A stretch of 14,369 nucleotides of DNA from positions 1-14,369 of the forward strand of contig NIVC01005262.1 of assembly GCA_002269645.1 (NCBI GenBank). The letters are read 5' to 3'. The first letter of the stretch is position 1, and each line of letters opens with the position of its first letter. Of the stretch, positions 1-9,563 are shown in pieces. The stretch is from Macrostomum lignano (lineage: Eukaryota). The position numbers and the translations under genes are program-made. The notes under the pieces are model-generated. The model had not been told where the DNA came from and searched no databases. It saw only the letters and a list, made by a program, of their open reading frames with translations.

Positions 1-80
1 AGTTTCAAGGAGAGGATTTCGATGGTTTTCAGTTGCACGGACAGGATTTCTGCTTCGCGGAGAGGATCTTGATGGATTTA
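1..80 (+). repeat. End of 30/20-bp minisatellite (E0)
   Basis: GGAGAGGATTTCGATGGTTTTCAGTTGCAC units. Confidence 0.85.
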
Positions 81-96
81 GCATCTTCAATCAGTC

Positions 97-1680
97 AGAG
101 AAGAGAGTAAAGAGAAGAATGAAAAGAGAAGAGAGATGAGATGATAGAAAACAGAGTAGAAATGAGTGGAGAGATTAGACATGCCAGATGGGAGAGAAGA
201 GGGGAGTAAGGCGGGAACGAAGGAGAGAGAAGAGAAAAGAGAGGAGATGAGAGGGGAGATATGAGATAGCAAAGAGGAGACAGGAGATAAGAGGAGAGAG
301 AAGAGAGGAGGGATAAGAAGCGTACAGAGGAAATAGAAGAGGAGAGAGTAGAGGAGAAAGAAAAACAGAGAGATGGAGAGAGAGAGGAGAGAGGAGAAGT
401 AAAGACGAAAGACGAGGGAGAAGAGATAGATAAAGGGAGTAGAGATGAGAAGAGAGAGAGGAGAGAGAAGAGAGAGGAGAAGGGAGAGAGAAGAAAGATC
501 AGAAAAAATGTGAGAGTTATGAGAAATAAGCAGTAAGGAGAAAGAAGAGGGTAAAGATAAGGGTGCAGAGAGGAGAGATGAGATTGCGATGAGAAAAGAG
601 AGTGAGAAAATAGGAGAGAAGAGATTAGAGATGAGAGAAGGTAAAAATGAGAGGAGAAAAGAGAGAATAGAAAGGATAGAAAAGAGAGAAGAGAGAAGAT
701 AAGAGATGGTAGAAAGAAAGGAAGAAAGATTGGAGATAAGAAAGGAAAGGGCGAGAGCATATAGGAGATATGAAAAATAGGAGCAGAGAGGAGAGAGAAA
801 AAGAAGAGATAGAGGTTAGAGGAGAAAGATAAGAGAGTAAAGACATGAGAGAGTAAATGAGAGATGAGAGAGGAGAGAAGAAGGGAGAGATAAGAAAGAA
901 GAGAGGAGACAAGAGACAGAAGTGAAGAGGAGAGATACATGTATGAGAGGAGAGACAAGAGACAGGAGAGGGTACAGACGAAAGACGAGGGAGAAGAGGT
1001 AAATAAGGGAGTAGAGATGAGATGAGAGAGAGGAGAGAGAAGCGAGAGGAGAAGAGAGAGGAGAGAGGAGAGAGGAGAGAAATGGAAGATCAGAGATGAG
1101 AGAGTTAAGAGAGGAAAGTAGTGAGGAGAGGAGAGATGAGAGATGCGATGAGAAGAGATGCGTGAGAACATAAGAGAGAAGAGATTAGAGATTAGAGAAG
1201 AGAGGGGAGAAGATGAAAGGAAAAAGGAGAGGAGAAAAGAGAGAAGAGACAGGGGATAGTGGAAAGGAGGAAAGAAAGATAGGAGACAAGAAAGTAGAGC
1301 GTGAGAGCGTATATGAGATATGAGAAATGAGAGCAGAGAGGAGAGAGAGGGTAAAGAGAGATGATAGATAAGTGAGTAGAGATGACATATGAGAGAGGAG
1401 AGAAGAGGGAGAGATAAGAGTGAAGAGAGGAGACAGAAGACAGAAGTGAAGAGGAGAGATATGAGAGAAGAGAGGAGACAAGAGACAGGAGAGGGTACAG
1501 ACGAAAGACGAGGGAGAAGAGATACATAAGGGAGTAGAGATGAGAGGAGAGAGAGGAGAGACTAGATATAAGATAGCAAAGAAGAGAGAGCAGAGATGAG
1601 AGACTAGAGATGGAAAGCAGATTAGAGAGAAGAGATAAGAGACTACACTGTAGAGATGAGAGGGCAAAGAGGAGAGCAAA
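97..1680 (+). repeat. Purine-rich (GA) low-complexity tract of E0
   Basis: Mostly A/G on the + strand; internal landmark GACGAAAGAC at 404, 977, 1500. Confidence 0.95.
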
Positions 1681-1791
1681 AGGGCTTTACAGAGGATTTG
1701 GAGATGATTTGGAAGATGGGATTCAAGTCATGGAGTTTCAGCTGATGGATTTCAGGGAATGGAATTCCGGTGATGGGAGTTCTTCCCCTTT

Positions 1792-1817
1792 CTCCTCCGG
1801 AGGAGGAGTTCCACTCG
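1792..1817 (+). terminator. Putative Helitron 3' termination hairpin + CTCG end (E0, loop GGA)
   Basis: CTCCTCC-GGA-GGAGGAG, 7-bp perfect stem, then TTCCACTCG. Confidence 0.7.
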
Positions 1818-1849
1818 TATCTATATATACTAAAGTTGACGCGTTGTTT

Positions 1850-1896
1850 GTCTGTCTGTATGTCTGTCTGTATGTCTGTCTGTATGTCTGTCTGTC
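1850..1896 (+). repeat. 5' subterminal microsatellite of E1, (GTCT GTCT GTAT)n
   Basis: Read directly; 12-bp higher-order pattern. Confidence 0.95.
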
Positions 1897-2233
1897 ATTT
1901 CGACAACTCCTCCTTGAATAGTGCCAACTCAGCGTTGAAACTTATATGGGAAGATTGGAAATTATCCGAGGTCGGCTATAGGCCTATTTTAATTCTGAAA
2001 TTTTAATTTCTAAGATCCTCAAAAAAGCAGAAAAACGGCGGTCTTGACCTTTGATAATCTTAAATTGTCCCCTCTTTCTGCTTGGAGCTGAAAAATTTGC
2101 ATGAATTTCAAGTGATTGCGCCACAACTTTTCCCTATCTCTGCAGTGTATTTTCTCTCCAGTGGGGGATGGGGCGTTCTAAATGGCTGCATGTGTACAAT
2201 CGGACCCTGGCTCACTGGCTGACTGTATAGACA

Positions 2234-3138
2234 ATTGCGCAAAGATTTGTGTTCTAATTTTCAATAGGCAGCCCTGTGATTTTGTTGAACCTTGAAATTC
2301 AATGCATAAACTTGCGGCCTCTTTAGCAGGCAGTAAACGTACAATCGATATTTCAATGCTTTAAATCAGAAAGTTTCAAACGCAAACTGTTGCTCGAGTT
2401 TTTAACTTTGAGAGAAAAAATTTATATTGCTGGAAAGAACTTGCAAAGCTGATTTCAGGGATATAAATTGTTTGCTTTAAATATGAAAACTAAAAGCTCT
2501 GCATTGCAAAAACTATTTCCATACTTTAAACTTTCTGCAAAGATTGTACTCATTTTAGGATTTCAATGGCGTTCGACCGACCCCCCAACAGTTAGGAGGT
2601 CGGTCGGTGTGTATTTGAGGGTTGATTTAGATTGCGCAATCTGTTTGTTAACTTTAACTGAGACTGATACTGACTAACACAGAAATATATTGCACAATCA
2701 ATTGATTCAATTGGTTCATTTTTTATTATCGGCCCTGTGTATTAGTTTGGCAGTGAAATTCAATGAATAAACTTGCGAGCATCTCTAGCAAGAAGTCGGG
2801 AAATCGGTAAATTTCAAACGCTAACTGTTCCTCGAGTTTTAAACTTTCAGAGGAGAAACTTATATTGCTGGAAAGATCTTGCAACGCTGAGTTCGGGGAT
2901 ATAAGTTGTTTGCTTTAAATATAAAAAGAAAAAGCACAGCATTGAAAAAACTATTTCCATGCTTTTAACTTTCTGCAAAAATTGTGCTCAGTTTTGCGAG
3001 ACGTAATAGATAAAGTTGGGGGGAGGGTTCAACTCCCTGCTGCTGTGTATTGGAGGGTTGATTTAGATTGCGCAATGTTTGTGTTAACTTTAACTGAGAC
3101 TGATACTGACTGACTGACTGTGAAATCGGTTGCGCAAT
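2234..3138 (+). repeat. Two diverged tandem ~440-465 bp AT-rich modules in E1
   Basis: TTTCAAACGC..CTCGAG at 2393 and 2831 (438 bp apart); each module ends in GAGGGTTGATTTAGATTGCGCAAT..TTAACTTTAACTGAGACTGATACTGAC. Confidence 0.9.
2631..2640. promoter_or_regulatory. Perfect palindrome ATTGCGCAAT (C/EBP-type bZIP consensus); also at 3067, 5200, 5603, 7394, 7764, 9963, 10447, 12817
   Basis: Motif read directly and identical to the canonical C/EBP site; function is not shown. Confidence 0.4.
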
Positions 3139-3201
3139 GAATTGATTCAATTAGTTCAATATTTTTATCAGTGCCTTTTAACACGAAGCTGTGCGTAGTT
3201 T

Positions 3202-3225
3202 TAACCCTAACCTTAACCCTAACCA
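3202..3225 (+). repeat. Telomere-like (TAACCC)n tract in E1
   Basis: TAACCC TAACCT TAACCC TAACCA, i.e. TTAGGG-type repeats on the - strand. Confidence 0.9.
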
Positions 3226-3261
3226 ATGAATCCGGAGAGTTGAGTTGTTTGACGGCAAAAA

Positions 3262-3575
3262 ATTCGATTGAGTCCAGTTTAATGGAGACGATTTCAATGC
3301 TTTAATTTTGATGGAGAGGATTTCTGTTGCGTGGAGAGGATTTCGATGGTGTTCAGTTTCACGGAGAGGATTTCTGTTTCGCGGAGATAATTAATGATTG
3401 ATTTCTGTTTTCTAGAGACGATTTTGATGGATTTAAGTTTCAAGGAGAGAATTTCGAAGGAGTCCAGTTTCACTGAGAGGATTTCGAAGGAGTCCAGTTT
3501 CACGGAGAGAATTTCGATGGTTTTCAGTTGCACGGACAGGATTTCTGCTTCGCGGAGAAGATCTTGATAGATTTG
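3262..3575 (+). repeat. 30/20-bp minisatellite (E1)
   Basis: GGAGAGGATTT-like anchors at 3313, 3333, 3363 and 3444, 3474, 3504, 3534 (spacings 20 or 30). Boundaries approximate. Confidence 0.9.
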
Positions 3576-3591
3576 GCATCTTCAATCAGTC

Positions 3592-4640
3592 AGAGAAGAG
3601 AGTAAAGAGAAGAATGAAAAGAGAAGAGAGATGAGATGATAGAAAACAGATTAGAAATGAGACGAGAGATTAGACATGACAGATGGGAGAGAAGAGGGGA
3701 GTAAGGCGGGAACGAAGGAGAGAGAAGAGAAGAGGAGAGAGGAGATGAGAGGGGAGATATGAGATAGAGGGAGACAAGAGAGATGATAGGAGAGAGAATA
3801 GATGAGGGATAAGAGCGTACAGAGGAAATAGAAGAGAGGGGAAGTAGAGGAGAAAGAAAGAATGAGATGAGGGATGAGAGATGAGACAGGAGGGGAGAGA
3901 GGAGAGAGAAAAGAGGAGAAAAGAGGGGAGAAAGGAGACAGGAGTGAGTAGAGACGAAAGACCAGGGAGAAGATATAAATAAGGTAGTAGAGATGAGAGG
4001 AGATAGAGGAGATCGAGAAGCGAGAGGAGAAGAGAGAGGCGAGAGAGGAGAGAGATGAAGGATCAGAGATGAGAGAGTTAAGAGAGGAAAGTAGTGAGGA
4101 GAGGAGAGATGAGAGATGCGTTGAGAAAGGAGATGAGAGGTGCGATGAGAAAAGAGATGAGTGAGAACATAAGAGAGAAGAGATTAGAGCTTAGAGAGGG
4201 GAGAAGATGAAAGGAGAAAGGAGAGAAGAGAAGAGAGAATGGAGAGGATAGAAAAGAGAGAAGAGAAGAGACAGGGGATAGTGGAAAGGAGTAAAGAAAG
4301 ATGGGAGATAAGAAAGTAGAGAGTGAGAGCAATGAGATATGAGAAAAAAGAGCAGAGAGGAGAGAAAAGAGAAGAGAGAGAGAGAGAGGGTTAAGGAGAG
4401 ACGATAGATAAGTGAGTAGATATGAGATATGAGAGAGGAGAGAAGAGAAGACAGGAGACAGAAGTGAAGAGGAGAGATATGAGAGAAGAGAGGAGACAAG
4501 AGAATGAAGAGGGTACAGACGAAAGACGAGGGAGAAGAGATAAATAAGGGAGTAGGGGTAGAGATGAGATGAGAGAGAGGAGAGAGAAGAGAGTCACGAT
4601 AATAGCGAAGAGAGGAGAGAGGAGATATGAGAGACGTGAG
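3592..4640 (+). repeat. Purine-rich (GA) tract of E1
   Basis: Landmarks at 3953 and 4518. Confidence 0.95.
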
Positions 4641-4776
4641 AGTCTTTAAGCTATGGGCTTTGAAAGGTTTTATAAAGAATTTGGAGACGATTTGGAAGAT
4701 AGAGTTCTAGACATGGAATTTCAGTTGATGGATATTTCAGGGAATGGAATTCCGGTGATGGGAGTTCTTCCCCTTT

Positions 4777-4802
4777 CTCCTCCGAAGGAGGAGTTCCACT
4801 CG
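4777..4802 (+). terminator. Putative Helitron 3' termination hairpin + CTCG end (E1, loop GAA)
   Basis: CTCCTCC-GAA-GGAGGAG-TTCCACTCG. Confidence 0.7.
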
Positions 4803-4828
4803 TATATACTAAAGTTGACGCGTTGTTT

Positions 4829-4835
4829 GTCTGTC

Positions 4836-4866
<31 letters not shown>

Positions 4867-4867
4867 C
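4829..4867 (+). repeat. 5' subterminal microsatellite of E2, (GTCT)3 then (GT)n
   Basis: Read directly. Confidence 0.95.
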
Positions 4868-5726
4868 ATTTCGACAACTCCTCCTTGAATAGTGCCAACT
4901 CAGCGTTGAAACTTATATGGGAAGATTGGAAATTATCCGAGGTCGGCTATAGGCTATTTTAATTCTGAAATTTTAATTTCTAAGATCCTCAAAAAAGCAG
5001 AAAACTTGAATCTTGACCTTTGATAATCTTAATTGTCCCCTCTTTCTGCTTGGAGCTGAAAAATGCACGAATTTTTAGTGATTGCGCCACAACTTTTCCC
5101 TATCTCTGTAGTGTATTTTCTTTCCAGTGGGGTTGGGAGCGTTCTCAGTGGCTGCGTGTGTACACTTGGACCCTGGCTCACTGGCTGACTGTATAGATAA
5201 TTGCGCAATGATATGGCTACTGATAAGTTTTCCTGCCTTTCAATGGGCAGCCCTGTGTATTTGTTGGACATTGAAATTCAATGCATCAACTTGCAAGCAG
5301 GCAGTCAACGTACACTCGATACTTCAATGCAATAAATCAGACAGTTTTAAACGCTAACTGTTCCTCGAGTTTTAAACTTTGATAGGAGAAACTGATATTG
5401 CTGGAAAGATCTTGCAACGCTGAGTTCGGGGATATAAGTTGTTTGCTTTAAATATGAAAAGAAAAAGCACAGCATTTAAAAAACTATTTCCATACTTTTA
5501 ACTTGCTGCAAAGATTGTACTCAGTTTTGCGAGACGTAATAGATAAAGCTGGGGGGAGGGTTCAACTTCTCACTGCTGCTGTGTATTGGAGGGTTGATTT
5601 AGATTGCGCAATGCTTTTGTTAACTTTAACTGAGACTGATACTGACTGACTGTGAAATCGGTTGCGCAATGAATTGATTCAATTAGTTCAATCAGTTGTC
5701 TTTTAACACGATGCTGTGCGTAGTTC

Positions 5727-5750
5727 TAACCCTAACCCTAACCCTAACCA
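5727..5750 (+). repeat. Telomere-like (TAACCC)3 TAACCA tract in E2
   Basis: Read directly. Confidence 0.92.
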
Positions 5751-5786
5751 ATGAATCCGGAGAGTTAAGTTGTTTGACGGAAAAAA

Positions 5787-5960
5787 TTCGATTAAGTCCA
5801 GTTTAGCGGAGACGATTTCAATGTTTTAATTTTGACGGAGAGGATTTCTGTTTCGTGGAGAGGATTTCGATGGTGTTCAGTTTCACGGAGAGGATTTCGA
5901 TGGTTTTCAGTTGTACGGACAGGATTTTTCTGCTTCGCGGAGAGGATCTTGATGGATTTG
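5787..5960 (+). repeat. 30/20-bp minisatellite (E2, short)
   Basis: Same units, fewer copies. Boundaries approximate. Confidence 0.88.
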
Positions 5961-5976
5961 GCATCTTCAATTAGTC

Positions 5977-6815
5977 AGAGAAGAGAGTAAAGAGAAGAAT
6001 GAAAAGAGAAGAGAGATGAGATGATAGAAAACAGAGTAGAAATGAGTGGAGAGATTAGACATGACAGATGGGAGAGAAGAGGGGAGTAAGGCGGGAACGA
6101 AGGAGAGAGAAGAGAAGAGGAGAGAGGAGATGAAGGAAGAGGATATGAGAGAGAAGATATGAGATAGAAGAGAGGAGACAGGACAGAGAAGAAAAGAGGG
6201 ATAAGAGCGCACAGAGGCAATAGAAGAGAGGAAAGAGAGGAGAGAGGTGAGAGTTGAGAGGAGAGAGATGAAAGATCAGAGATCAGAGATTTGAGAGAAG
6301 AAAGTAGTGAGGAGAAAGAAGAGGGTAAAGATGAGAGTGCAGAGAGGAGAGAAACGAGAGGAGACAGGTGGTAGAAAGGAGTGTAAAAACAGGAGATAAG
6401 AAAGGAGAGAGTGAGAGTGAGAGCATATAGGAAAGTGTAAAAGGGGAGCAGAGTAGAGAGAATAGATAAGTGAGTAGAGAAGAGATATGAGAGAGGAGAG
6501 ACGAGGGGAGAGAGGAGACAGGAGAGAGTAAATTTGAAAGACCTGGGAGAAGAGATAAATAAGATAGTACAGATGAGAGGAGAGAGATGAGAGATGCAAA
6601 TAGAAAAGAGATAAGTGAGAAAAGAGAGAGAGAGAGATTTGAGAAGAGAGGGGAAAAGATGAGAGGAGAAAGGAAAGGGGAGAAGAAAAAATGGAGAGGA
6701 GAGAAAAGAAAGGTGACAAGAGACGGTAGTAAGGAGGGCAGAAAGATGGAAGATAAGAAAGGAGAGGGTGATATGAAAGATATGAGATATGAGAAATGAG
6801 AGCAGAGACATGAGA
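5977..6815 (+). repeat. Purine-rich (GA) tract of E2 (divergent)
   Basis: Same opening sequence; degenerate landmark near 6535. Confidence 0.93.
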
Positions 6816-6993
6816 GTCCGAGTCTGGACAATGCCAGTGAGTTTTTGCAAATAGGGAAAACAAGATATCCGGTAATTGAAATGCATTGTAGAGGATTTGG
6901 AGATGATTTGGAAGATGGGATTCAAGTCATGGAATTTCAGCTGATGGGAGTTCTTCCCCTTCAGAATTCCAGTGATGGGAGTTCTTCCCCTTT

Positions 6994-7019
6994 CTCCTCC
7001 AGAGGAGGAGTTCCACTCG
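6994..7019 (+). terminator. Putative Helitron 3' termination hairpin + CTCG end (E2, loop AGA)
   Basis: CTCCTCC-AGA-GGAGGAG-TTCCACTCG. Confidence 0.7.
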
Positions 7020-7045
7020 TATATACTAAAGTTGACGCGTTGTTT

Positions 7046-7060
7046 GTCTGTCTGTGTGTC
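7046..7060 (+). repeat. 5' subterminal microsatellite of E3 (short GTCT/GT)
   Basis: Read directly; same position as in the other copies. Confidence 0.9.
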
Positions 7061-7894
7061 ATTTCGACAACTCCTCCTTGAATAGTGCCAACTCAGCGTT
7101 GAAACTTATATAGGAAGATTGGAAATTATCCGAGGTCGGCTATAGGCTATTTTAATTCTGAAATTTTAATTTCTAAGATCCTCAAAAAAGCAGAAAACGG
7201 CGGTCTTGACCTTTAATAATCTTAATTGTCCCCTCTTTCTGCTTGGAGCTGAAAAATGCATGAATTTTTAGTGATTGCGCCACAACTTTTCCCTATCTCT
7301 GTAGTGTATTTTCTTTCCAGTGGGGGGTGGGAGCGTTCTCAGTGGCTGCGTGTGTACACTTGGACCCTGGCTCACTGGCTGACTTTATAGATAATTGCGC
7401 AATGATATGGCTACTGATAAGTTTTCCTGCCTTTCAATGGGCAGTCCTGTGTATTTGTTGGACATTGAAATTCAATGCATCAACTTTCAAGCAGGCAGTG
7501 AACGTACACTCGATACTTCAATGCTATAAATCAGACAGTTTCAAACGCTAACTGTTCCTCGAGTTTTAAACTTTGAGAGGAGAAACTTATATTGCTGGCA
7601 AGATCTTGCAACGCTGAGTTCGGGGATATAAGTTGTTTGCTTTAAATATGAAAAGAAAAAGCACAGCTTTAACTTTCTGCAAAGATTGTACTTTAATCTG
7701 CAAAGATTGTTGGGGGGAGGGTTCAACTTCTCACTGCTGCTGTGTATTGGAGGGTCGATTTAGATTGCGCAATGTTTTTGTTAACTTTACCTGAGGCTGA
7801 TACTGACTGACTGTGAAATCGGTTGCGCAATGAATTGATTCAATTAGTTCAATATTTTTATCTGTGCCTTTTAACACGAAGCTGTGCGTAGTTC

Positions 7895-7924
7895 TAACCC
7901 TAACCCTAACCCTAACCCTAACCC
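7895..7924 (+). repeat. Telomere-like (TAACCC)5 tract in E3
   Basis: Five perfect repeats. Confidence 0.95.
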
Positions 7925-7962
7925 TAATGAATCTGGCGAGTTGAGTTGTTTGACGGAAAAAA

Positions 7963-8304
7963 TTCGATTAAGTCAAGTTTAGCGGAGACGATTTCAATGT
8001 TTAAATTCTGACGGAGAAGATTTCTGTTTCGTGGAGAGGATTTCGATGATGTTCAGTTTCACGAAAGGATTTCCATGGTGTTCAGTTTCACGGAGAGGAT
8101 TTCGATCATGTTCAGCTTCACGGAGAGGCTTTCTGTTTCGCGGAGATAATTTATGATTGATTTCTGTTTTATGGAAACAATTTTGATGGATTTAAGTTTC
8201 AAGGAGAGGATTTCGAAGGAGTCCAGTTTCACTGAGAGGATTTCGATGGTTTTTAGTTGCACAGACAGGATTTTTGCTTCGCGGAGAGGATCTTGATGGA
8301 TTTG
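7963..8304 (+). repeat. 30/20-bp minisatellite (E3)
   Basis: Same units. Boundaries approximate. Confidence 0.88.
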
Positions 8305-8320
8305 GCATCTTCAATCAGTC

Positions 8321-9030
8321 AGAGAAGAGAGTAAAGAGAAGACTGAAAAGAGAAGAGAGAAGAGATGATAGAAAACAGAGTATAATTGAGTGGAGAGATT
8401 AGACATGACAGATTGGAGATGATAGGAGAGAGAATAGATGAGGGATAAGAGCGTACAGAGGCAATAGAAGAGAGGGGAGAGTAGAGGAGAAAGAAAGAGT
8501 GAGATGAGGAGATGAGGGATGAGAGAGGAGGGGAGAGAGGAGACAGGAGAGAGTACAGACGAAAGACTAGGGAGAAGATATAAATAAGGTAGTAAAGATG
8601 AGAGGAGAGAGAGGAGAGAGAAGCGAAAGGAGAAGAGAGTGAGGAGAGAGGAGAGAGATGAAAGGAGCAAGGAAAGGAGAAAAGAGAGAATGGAGAGAAT
8701 AGAAAAGAGAGAAGAGAAGAGACAGGGGATAGTGAAAAGGAGGAAGAAAGATGGGAGACAAGAAAGTAGTGTCAGAGCGTATATGAAATATGAGAAATGA
8801 GAGCAGAGAGAAGAGAAAAGAGAAGAGAGAGAGAGGGTTAAGAGAGACGATAGATAAGTGAGTAGAGATGACATATGAGAGAGGAGAGAAGAGGGAGAGA
8901 TAAGAGTGAAGAGAGGAGACAGAAGACAGGAGAAGGTACAGACGAAAGACGAGGGAGAAGAGATAAATAAGGGAGCAGGGGTAGAGATGAGATGAGAGAG
9001 AGGAGAGAGGAGATATGAGAGACTTGAGAG
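8321..9030 (+). repeat. Purine-rich (GA) tract of E3
   Basis: Landmarks at 8558 and 8941. Confidence 0.95.
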
Positions 9031-9164
9031 TCTTTGAGCTATGGTCTTTGAAAGATTTTGTAAAGAATTTGGAGACGATTTGGAAGATAGGGTTAAAGAC
9101 ATGGAATTTCAGTTGATGGATATTTCAGGGAATAGAATTCCGGTGATGGGAGTTCTTCCCCTTT

Positions 9165-9190
9165 CTCCTCCGAAGGAGGAGTTCCACTCG
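9165..9190 (+). terminator. Putative Helitron 3' termination hairpin + CTCG end (E3, loop GAA)
   Basis: CTCCTCC-GAA-GGAGGAG-TTCCACTCG. Confidence 0.7.
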
Positions 9191-9216
9191 TATATACTAA
9201 AGTTGACGCGTTGTTT

Positions 9217-9231
9217 GTCTGTCTGTCTGTC
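9217..9231 (+). repeat. 5' subterminal microsatellite of E4, (GTCT)n
   Basis: Read directly. Confidence 0.9.
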
Positions 9232-9563
9232 ATTTCGACAACTCCTCCTTGAATAGTGCAACTCAGCGTTGAAACTTATATGGGAAGATTGGAAATTATC
9301 CGAGGTCGGCTATAGGCTATTTTAATTCTGAAATTTTAATTTCTAAGATCCTCAAAAAAGCAGAAAACGGCGGTCTTGACCTTTGATAATCTTAATTGTC
9401 CCCTCTTTCTGCTCGGAGCTGAAAATTTGCATGAATTTTAAGTGATTGCGCCATAAAATTTTGCTACCTTGGCAGTGTATTTTCTCTCCAGTGGGGGATG
9501 GGGCGTTCTAAATGGCTGCATGTGTACAATCGGACCCTGGCTCACCGGCTGACTTTATAGACA

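Larger units (their letters stand above)
1..1817 (+). mobile_element. Copy E0: non-autonomous Helitron-like element, 3' part only (5' end outside window)
   Basis: End of minisatellite, GA tract, hairpin 1792-1808 and terminal CTCG 1814-1817 followed by T. Confidence 0.68.
1820..4802 (+). mobile_element. Copy E1: non-autonomous Helitron-like element, 2983 bp, intact 5' TC, two internal modules
   Basis: A|TCTATATATACTAAAG start, (GTCT)n, 3' hairpin 4777-4793 + TTCCACTCG|T. A|TC start, subterminal hairpin and T after the end match the Helitron pattern. No Rep/helicase ORF. Confidence 0.75.
4803..7019 (+). mobile_element. Copy E2: non-autonomous Helitron-like element, 2217 bp, 5' end lacks TCTA
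   Basis: Starts TATATACTAAAG directly after the CTCG of E1; ends with hairpin 6994-7010 + TTCCACTCG. Confidence 0.72.
7020..9190 (+). mobile_element. Copy E3: non-autonomous Helitron-like element, 2171 bp, 5' end lacks TCTA
   Basis: Starts TATATACTAAAG; ends with hairpin 9165-9181 + TTCCACTCG. Confidence 0.72.

Noticed and set aside
87-1679. Long minus-strand Leu/Ser/Phe-rich ORFs (358 aa, 164 aa; likewise 5975-6925, 8311-9102, 10946-11911)
   Set aside because: The minus strand of a GA tract is C/T-rich and rarely forms stop codons. ORFs overlap in several frames, have no domain-like content and are not frame-conserved between copies.
1791-1820. Bacterial rho-independent terminator or Shine-Dalgarno (GGAGG) at the hairpin
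   Set aside because: No U-tract and no associated gene; microsatellite- and telomere-repeat-rich context indicates eukaryotic DNA.
3421-3520. Heat-shock elements in the minisatellite, by analogy with C. elegans Helitrons
   Set aside because: The motif is TTCGAA with no spacer, not the TTCnnGAA/GAAnnTTC arrangement that HSF requires.
3262-3575. Minisatellite as a possible CRISPR array
   Set aside because: Units are contiguous and degenerate with no unique spacers, there are no cas genes, and the context is eukaryotic.
1820-4802. LTR retrotransposon, TIR/MITE or Helentron classification
   Set aside because: No TG..CA LTRs, PBS, TIRs or TSDs, and no clear subterminal inverted repeats or TT insertion context as in Helentrons/DINE-1. 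TC start plus hairpin plus end before T fits canonical Helitron better, though not proven.
4653-4892. Recurrent 71-79 aa ORF (..FGDDLEDRV.DMEFQLMDISG..SFRQLLLE) spanning unit junctions; also 9041-9256, 11855-12085
   Set aside because: It crosses the element boundary and a hypervariable microsatellite, and changes frame at the 1817 and 12003 junctions. I recognise no protein family in it.
5127-5357. Short AT-body ORFs repeated between copies (5127-5357/7327-7551; 2468-2677/12634-12816)
   Set aside because: Similarity reflects DNA repeat identity. The ORFs are absent or broken in other subtypes and have no Rep or helicase motifs.
7895-7924. True chromosome end or telomere fusion
   Set aside because: Tracts are only 24-36 bp, single-orientation and embedded at the same internal site of each unit.
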